A stretch of DNA of 62,847 nt, counting the filler, from Stramenopiles sp. TOSAG23-2 (lineage: Eukaryota), in NCBI GenBank assembly GCA_900128395.1. It is 14 parts of 14 records of this genome, joined end to end, with 100 filler letters (N's around TTAATTAATTAA, not from the genome) between each part and the next. Parts side by side here need not be neighbours in the genome. Positions count along the whole stretch, not along the records: positions 55,323 to 60,233 come from LT650785.1; positions 60,334 to 61,540 come from LT653467.1; positions 61,641 to 62,847 come from LT653468.1; 11 more parts are not named here. The stretch is one strand, 5' to 3'. The notes beneath the pieces were generated by a model. The model worked only from the letters and a program-made list of their open reading frames with translations, had not been told where the DNA came from and did not search any database. Shown here piece by piece: positions 57,383 through 62,847 of this stretch (position 1 is the stretch's first letter; each line of letters starts with the position of its first letter). A program made the translations under genes and the position numbers.

Positions 57383-60007
57383 TTACAACACTTTTGGACA
57401 CGTACTATACGTAATATTATTATATGTCTTGGTGATATTGCTAAACGAGTTTGTAGTAATATGAACGATTTGATCTTGTGGTATTATACCATCGGTGAAA
57501 TCATCAATAAAAATTGCATACCCAATTAAAGCCACTGCCATGGCACTTGGAATTGTGACAGCCCATCCCCAGACAATTTTTTTTAACATACCGAAATCAA
57601 CATCAGCTTTACCAGACACGTTTGCCAAATCTCTGTTACATCGCTCAATTGCTTTGCCAGAAATACCGACACCAACAACTGCCCCAACTAAGCAATGTGA
57701 AGTGCTGACTGGTAAACTTAATGACGTAGATAATAATACAGCAACGGCAGCACCAAGTTGCGTCGCATATGATTTTGATGGCGTTAAACTAGTTATTTTG
57801 GATCCTACTGTTTTAATCGTCCTTGGACCAAGTAATATAATACCAAATACAAACGATAAAGCGCCTAAAAACAATATTGATAATGGCATCGATGGCGTTC
57901 CATCCACTTTATCATTATCTCGTACTTCTAATATAACTGCTAACGGCCCAATTGCATTACCAACATCGTTACCACCGTGGGCAAATGCAACGGTTAATGC
58001 AGATAAAATTAGTAAAGGAACGAAATGTTTTTCAGCAAGTTCACGATGTTTTGCATTTATTAAAACTTGCTTTTCTTCATCTGAAATTTGTAATGATATT
58101 AAATTATTTGTAACCAGGTTATTATTTTCATTACAACTATCTTCTCCCTTTGTTTCGTCATCATTTTCGTTGTCGTTGCTGTTGCTATTATTATTATTAT
58201 TATTACCATTGCTACTTGTATTTGAATCCGAAATGTTTGGCAAGTTAATTTTTACATCACGAACAGTAGTATTATTATCAATATTCTTACCTTTTTTTGC
58301 TAAACGATATAACAATAAAATAATCCCAGTACCAGTTCCAATAGCAATTGCAACTAAAATGGCAATCCCTAATGGTTTTATTTTCAACATCGGTGGACCT
58401 TTTGTCAATAGAAATGCACATGATATTGTTATACCTACCGCTAAAAATACTGGTTGTAAACGCTTAGAGCGAAGTGGTGCGAATTCGATATTCACAGTTG
58501 GACCTGAACTATAAATAGAAAATTGTATAATAAAATGAAAAACACCTGCGACTATTGCACCAACTAATGGTGATACAACCCATGCTACTACTGTGGATAC
58601 AAGTGATTGAACTCCAATACTACCAGGACCTCGAGAAATCAAACCTACTGCAACGAGGCTACCAATAATGCCATGTGTAGCAGAAATCGGTAGCCCATAT
58701 ACTGTTGCTGTTAATGTAGTTAATCCTGCACCCATTAAGACAGCACTCATTCCAACTGCAAATATTTTAGGCCCGTCGCAATCACCTTGTAAAGGATTTG
58801 TTGAATATGATGACGGTTCAATGACGCCTTTAGATATCGTCTTTGCAACTTCTGTACCCATGAATAATGCACCCATGAATTCAAAAAATGCACCAAATAT
58901 AATAGCTTGCCTCAATGTCAATGCTTTTGCACCAACACTAGTTCCAACTGAATTGCAAATATCATTTGCACCATTTGCAATACCTAGGATCACTGCTAGA
59001 AAATATCCTACAATCGTTAACGAGTTTAAACGTGATGGTTGAACTATTTCATACAAAACAATTATGGTACCAATAAAAAGTAAAAGCGTGCCAGAAGCGA
59101 CAATTAACCAACGCTTGAAATGTGATTTCACAATTGTTCCTAAACATGTTTTTTGACAACATTTATTTGTATAATATTTACACAAATCTCCATGATGTTT
59201 GTTCTTATCATCATCATCGTCGTTACTATCATCATTCTTTTCCATGTTATCATATTCATCTTTCTTCTTATCCGTATTTTCTATTTTACAACATGTAAAT
59301 TTTATTAAAAATTCACAACATTGCAAATCATGATCATCTTCTTCATTTAAAATTTCATTTTCATGTTTGTCTAATATATCCTCTAAACCTTTTTTATCTT
59401 TTATATATTGCTCCAATAACGGTGAACGTTGAGAAATTCTATCATATAGCATTCGTTCTCGTCGCTTTAATTTACTGTTGTTATTTTCTAAATTTGTATA
59501 ATGACAAAATGAAAATTTAAATAATCTTTTTTGAAATTCATCTGTTATATCACGAACAGTTACTTGCTTCTTGAATTTTTTCAATATTTTACGTACACCT
59601 TCAAAATTTACAAGACAAAATTTATTTATTTCATCTAACGTTCGGGAAAAAAGTGTAAATGTTTGAATATTTTCTTCCGCTTCCGAACCGGCTTCAACTT
59701 CACCTTCTAACTCACCATTAAAAGCAGCAGTATTCACTAATATATCCACTACGTTATTAACTTTATTAACGCTTTGTTGCAATTCGTCTATAACACTTAG
59801 ATATGTCGCTTCTATGACTTGCATATCTTCATCTAAAATTTTAATAAAATTAGCAACTCTTGTTTCTGCGTTTACTAAATCCCCAGTTGCTTCATAACTT
59901 TTAATTTGTTTAATATATTTTTTCAACATATTATAATTCACATATTTATTTTTCCAACGTGGTATTTTTAAACCACCATGTTCCAATTTCTTTCCAAATT
60001 TCACCAT
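57383..60007 (-). CDS. SPX-domain-fused PiT/PHO4 (SLC20) inorganic phosphate transporter
   Basis: N-terminal SPX motifs MVKFGK, YNMLKK and NFEGVRKILKKFKK. PiT signatures GANDICNSVGTSVG, GLPISATH, HGGNDVGNAIGP and LPVSTSH. Confidence 0.93.
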   Translation of the reverse strand: MVKFGKKLEHGGLKIPRWKNKYVNYNMLKKYIKQIKSYEATGDLVNAETRVANFIKILDEDMQVIEATYLSVIDELQQSVNKVNNVVDILVNTAAFNGELEGEVEAGSEAEENIQTFTLFSRTLDEINKFCLVNFEGVRKILKKFKKQVTVRDITDEFQKRLFKFSFCHYTNLENNNSKLKRRERMLYDRISQRSPLLEQYIKDKKGLEDILDKHENEILNEEDDHDLQCCEFLIKFTCCKIENTDKKKDEYDNMEKNDDSNDDDDDKNKHHGDLCKYYTNKCCQKTCLGTIVKSHFKRWLIVASGTLLLFIGTIIVLYEIVQPSRLNSLTIVGYFLAVILGIANGANDICNSVGTSVGAKALTLRQAIIFGAFFEFMGALFMGTEVAKTISKGVIEPSSYSTNPLQGDCDGPKIFAVGMSAVLMGAGLTTLTATVYGLPISATHGIIGSLVAVGLISRGPGSIGVQSLVSTVVAWVVSPLVGAIVAGVFHFIIQFSIYSSGPTVNIEFAPLRSKRLQPVFLAVGITISCAFLLTKGPPMLKIKPLGIAILVAIAIGTGTGIILLLYRLAKKGKNIDNNTTVRDVKINLPNISDSNTSSNGNNNNNNSNSNDNENDDETKGEDSCNENNNLVTNNLISLQISDEEKQVLINAKHRELAEKHFVPLLILSALTVAFAHGGNDVGNAIGPLAVILEVRDNDKVDGTPSMPLSILFLGALSFVFGIILLGPRTIKTVGSKITSLTPSKSYATQLGAAVAVLLSTSLSLPVSTSHCLVGAVVGVGISGKAIERCNRDLANVSGKADVDFGMLKKIVWGWAVTIPSAMAVALIGYAIFIDDFTDGIIPQDQIVHITTNSFSNITKTYNNITYSTCPKVL

Positions 60008-61228
60008 AATTTCTTATCTACATACATACACGTGTGTATATATATATATATATTAATATATCCCTAAAATATTATTGTCCTTTGATGTATATATCTAATG
60101 TATTATACAATCTCTCGTCTTTTTTTGTATATATATATTATACAGGAGTATTAGTATATATATATTTACCAGTTTCCCGATATAATTTTTACTGTGCCGG
60201 CCAGTCACCGATTTTCGGTACAAATTTTTATTANNNNNNNNNNNNNNNNNNNNNNNNNNNNNNNNNNNNNNNNNNNNTTAATTAATTAANNNNNNNNNNN
60301 NNNNNNNNNNNNNNNNNNNNNNNNNNNNNNNNNATGTGGTGCTGTGTTTACCATGATATAAAATTAATATATAAATAGCATTAAATTTGTAATATTAAAA
60401 CATCATCACATAGCATGTAAATAGCATTAATACGATAGGAATATCAAGACCTTCCGAAATAGTGCGTTTTTGGCCCCTGGATGGCATATGCACTAATCCT
60501 CTCTCTGTAATAATTTCTAAAAAATATATGATGCTGCTTTGCGCTGTGTGCTGCGTAATTGGTGCGTATGTAGCAAGATATATCCTTAATCTGAAATACT
60601 GTTCACAGTTGACTTATTATTGAATGTGCGGATATAATAGTATGAAATAAGCTTTAAATGTGCGGTTGAAATCAATTCTTGTGCACTTTTTATTTTAGTT
60701 TTATATTACATTTTTTAGGACTTTCTACCCGTTGCTTTAAATCTTTATACTTTTAATACAAAAATAACATACTATATATGTTCCTTTGTCTATATCTATT
60801 TATAATATAACTTTGTGTACTAATATAGTTTCCTATAAATCACCTGGATTCTTTCAACTTCAAAGATGTTTTTGGTCAATGGTATATGCATGCCATAGCT
60901 GCTTTTTTTTGTTGAAAATTTTTTTGACAGGTTTTTGTGGGTTGCCAGATGGGGATCTACTGTTGTGCTGTGTTATTATTTATTATACCTGATTTTTTAC
61001 GCGAAAGATGTTTACCAACCAACATAAGCGATATACATATGTATGTTGCAAAACTATTCATCATTCAAAAACAAAACGTGGAAAGAAGAAGAAAAAGAAA
61101 GAAAGAAATGTCCGTGCAGATAAAATCTATAAACAAAAATATAAAGATAATAACAATCGTTGACCACAATAAAACAGATTGTATATTGATTCGTAATAAT
61201 AGCATTGTATTACGATACAAATTAAATT

Positions 61229-61540
61229 ATGCATCGCTTGCGACGTCTAATTGCCTCTGGTGCGAGACGCATCAGAATTACAAGAATGCGGCTCTCCGGC
61301 CGTCATCGAGTACGTTACCAAACCAATAACGATGCGACAGGCATGTCTACAGCGGGAGCTAATGGAACCACTATCGTTCAATTGAATAACGATGCTGATG
61401 AAAGGTATGTTCCTGGTCCTAAAGAAGACATAAAGATTAACGTCCGGGACGAAAATGATGTTAATGTTGACGAAGAGGTTCGCAATTATAAGAAGCCGCA
61501 TCTAATCACAATTAACATGGTTAGTCCAGAGCTTCTAAAG
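61229..61540 (+). CDS. Hypothetical protein fragment (3'-partial; start uncertain)
   Basis: GC-richer, coding-like frame running into the linker, starting at a non-ATG codon in the ORF track. No recognisable domain. Confidence 0.4.
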
Positions 61541-61642
61541 NNNNNNNNNNNNNNNNNNNNNNNNNNNNNNNNNNNNNNNNNNNNTTAATTAATTAANNNN
61601 NNNNNNNNNNNNNNNNNNNNNNNNNNNNNNNNNNNNNNNNAT

Positions 61643-62847
61643 GCTTCACAAATAGAAGAGTTAGAACAAGAGATGAAATTATTACATTGGCATAAATTAG
61701 CAAATGAAGCTGCGTTAAAAGCTGCTTTGATACGTACTAAAAAATTGAAAGAATCTAGCAACAATCCGTTAGCTGCCGTTGAATCAAGACGTGAACGTGC
61801 ACAATGGATGCAACAAATTATAGAAGAAGAACAAAATAAGCCGTTAGAGGTAAATGAAGATTTTATTTTAAAATATGAAAAACAAGAGCGCGAGGAGGAA
61901 GAACGGTTGGAAGAGGAAGTACAGCGTCATATTAACAGTTTGCAACGTATTAAATCAAATTTAAAACAAAAAGAAAAAGTACGTAGACGAACTATTATTT
62001 ATCGTGAAAAACGAAAAGCGTTGCAAAATTCACTTGGACAATATGATCAAGCAAATATTGATCCACAAGGACCACCACGTGGCATGTTAGCACCTGGTAA
62101 TATAAACCCAGAATCGGAAGAAAGTATGATGGGTGGTATGCATGGTACGTTATCGAAGGTAATCAACAGTTTAGACAAGTTGGTAGATTTAGAAAAACGT
62201 ATTACACAGTTGGAGTCCGATGTTGGCCCACATTCACCAGTTGCCGGTGCTAGTGGAGATCATGGTACAAGACGTACACGTATTAAATTTACGAAACGAC
62301 GTGCTGAATCAGAAGGAAAAGTCCCTGCAAGAAATATATTTAGTGTAAAAGAAGTGCCAATTGGCAGTAAAAAACGATCAACGAAACGAAAAGGTAGTAC
62401 AGGTAGAGGTCGAAGCAGCAATAATAATAGTAGAAATAGAAATTCATCAACATTTTTAACACAAAGTGGTGGTTCAACGTCGAATCGACGTTCACGTAAT
62501 GGTAATAATGATCGAGATCCAGTCGTTGGAAATTGGTTGGAGAAACAAAGTTCAGATACTAGAACAAGAAGACATGGTGAACGTGCAAGAGGTGATCCAA
62601 CTTTAAGTAAAGCTGGTGGTCGTAGACGTGGTCAAAAAGAAGAAGCACCACCAATGCAAAAATTTAGTGATATAAGACGTCAATATGAGGATAGAAAAGA
62701 TAGGTTTAGAAAAGAATTAAAAAGCGATTCGTATAAACCATCTAGCAAACGTTCAACATCAAAACGACGTGGCGGTGGAAAAAATAGCAGGAGTAAAGTT
62801 GCAGCAAGAAATAGTGCAAATCGTCGAAACAAAGCATGGGGTAATGA
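61643..62847 (+). CDS. Coiled-coil/low-complexity hypothetical protein, partial at both ends (absent from the ORF track)
   Basis: Frame is open across the whole 1207-bp contig: ASQIEELEQEMKLLHWHKLANEAALKAAL...KPLEVNEDFILKYEKQE...LDKLVDLEKRITQLE...KAWGN. Confidence 0.8.

Noticed and set aside
57495..58514. Long antisense ORFs (339 aa here; also 53591..54415, 21881..22579, 7852..8310 and others)
   Set aside because: These are shadow frames opposite well-supported genes, expected from codon bias and low-complexity tracts, and carry no motifs.
4942..61640. Regularly spaced TTAATTAATTAA palindromes and apparent gene clusters across them
   Set aside because: These are artificial linkers between length-sorted contigs. 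The ~5-kb periodicity and any cross-linker neighbourhood are not biological.

Overview
This is an AT-rich eukaryotic draft assembly, not a contiguous locus. It holds 14 short contigs (twelve of about 4.9 kb in descending length order, then two of 1207 bp) joined by artificial 100-nt N44-TTAATTAATTAA-N44 linkers, so gene adjacency across linkers has no biological meaning. Genes are long, apparently intronless and rich in poly-Asn/Gln/Asp/Glu tracts. The content (CDPK, DYRKP-type kinase, R2R3-Myb, Dispatched-like, SMC6, LETM1, RhoGAP, TAF1B/Rrn7, M6PR/ATG27-like, NIPA, FKBP) points to a protist. An uncultured heterotrophic stramenopile (MAST-like single-cell genome) is my best guess, by inference only. 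No prokaryotic operon, CRISPR array, rRNA or complete tRNA is visible. The most interesting proteins are an SPX-PiT/PHO4 phosphate transporter fusion, a membrane-anchored RBR E3 ligase with a split CxxCxGxG zinc finger and ankyrin repeats, a 2-TM DEG/ENaC/PAC-like channel candidate, and a WW-Dispatched fusion. The most interesting DNA features are a dispersed MITE-like repeat whose modules are inverted relative to each other between two copies, a recurrent TAGCAT-dyad intergenic motif, and a diverged 1.7-kb tandem duplication. That duplication carries a shared +1 frame break (possibly a 40-nt intron) and a new GATAT foldback insertion, and sits next to a NIPA gene with an in-frame TAA. Several other structures (exact 99-213 bp tandem duplications, an inverted junction at about 17288) look like amplification or assembly artefacts. 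I did not find a convincing multi-gene novel system.
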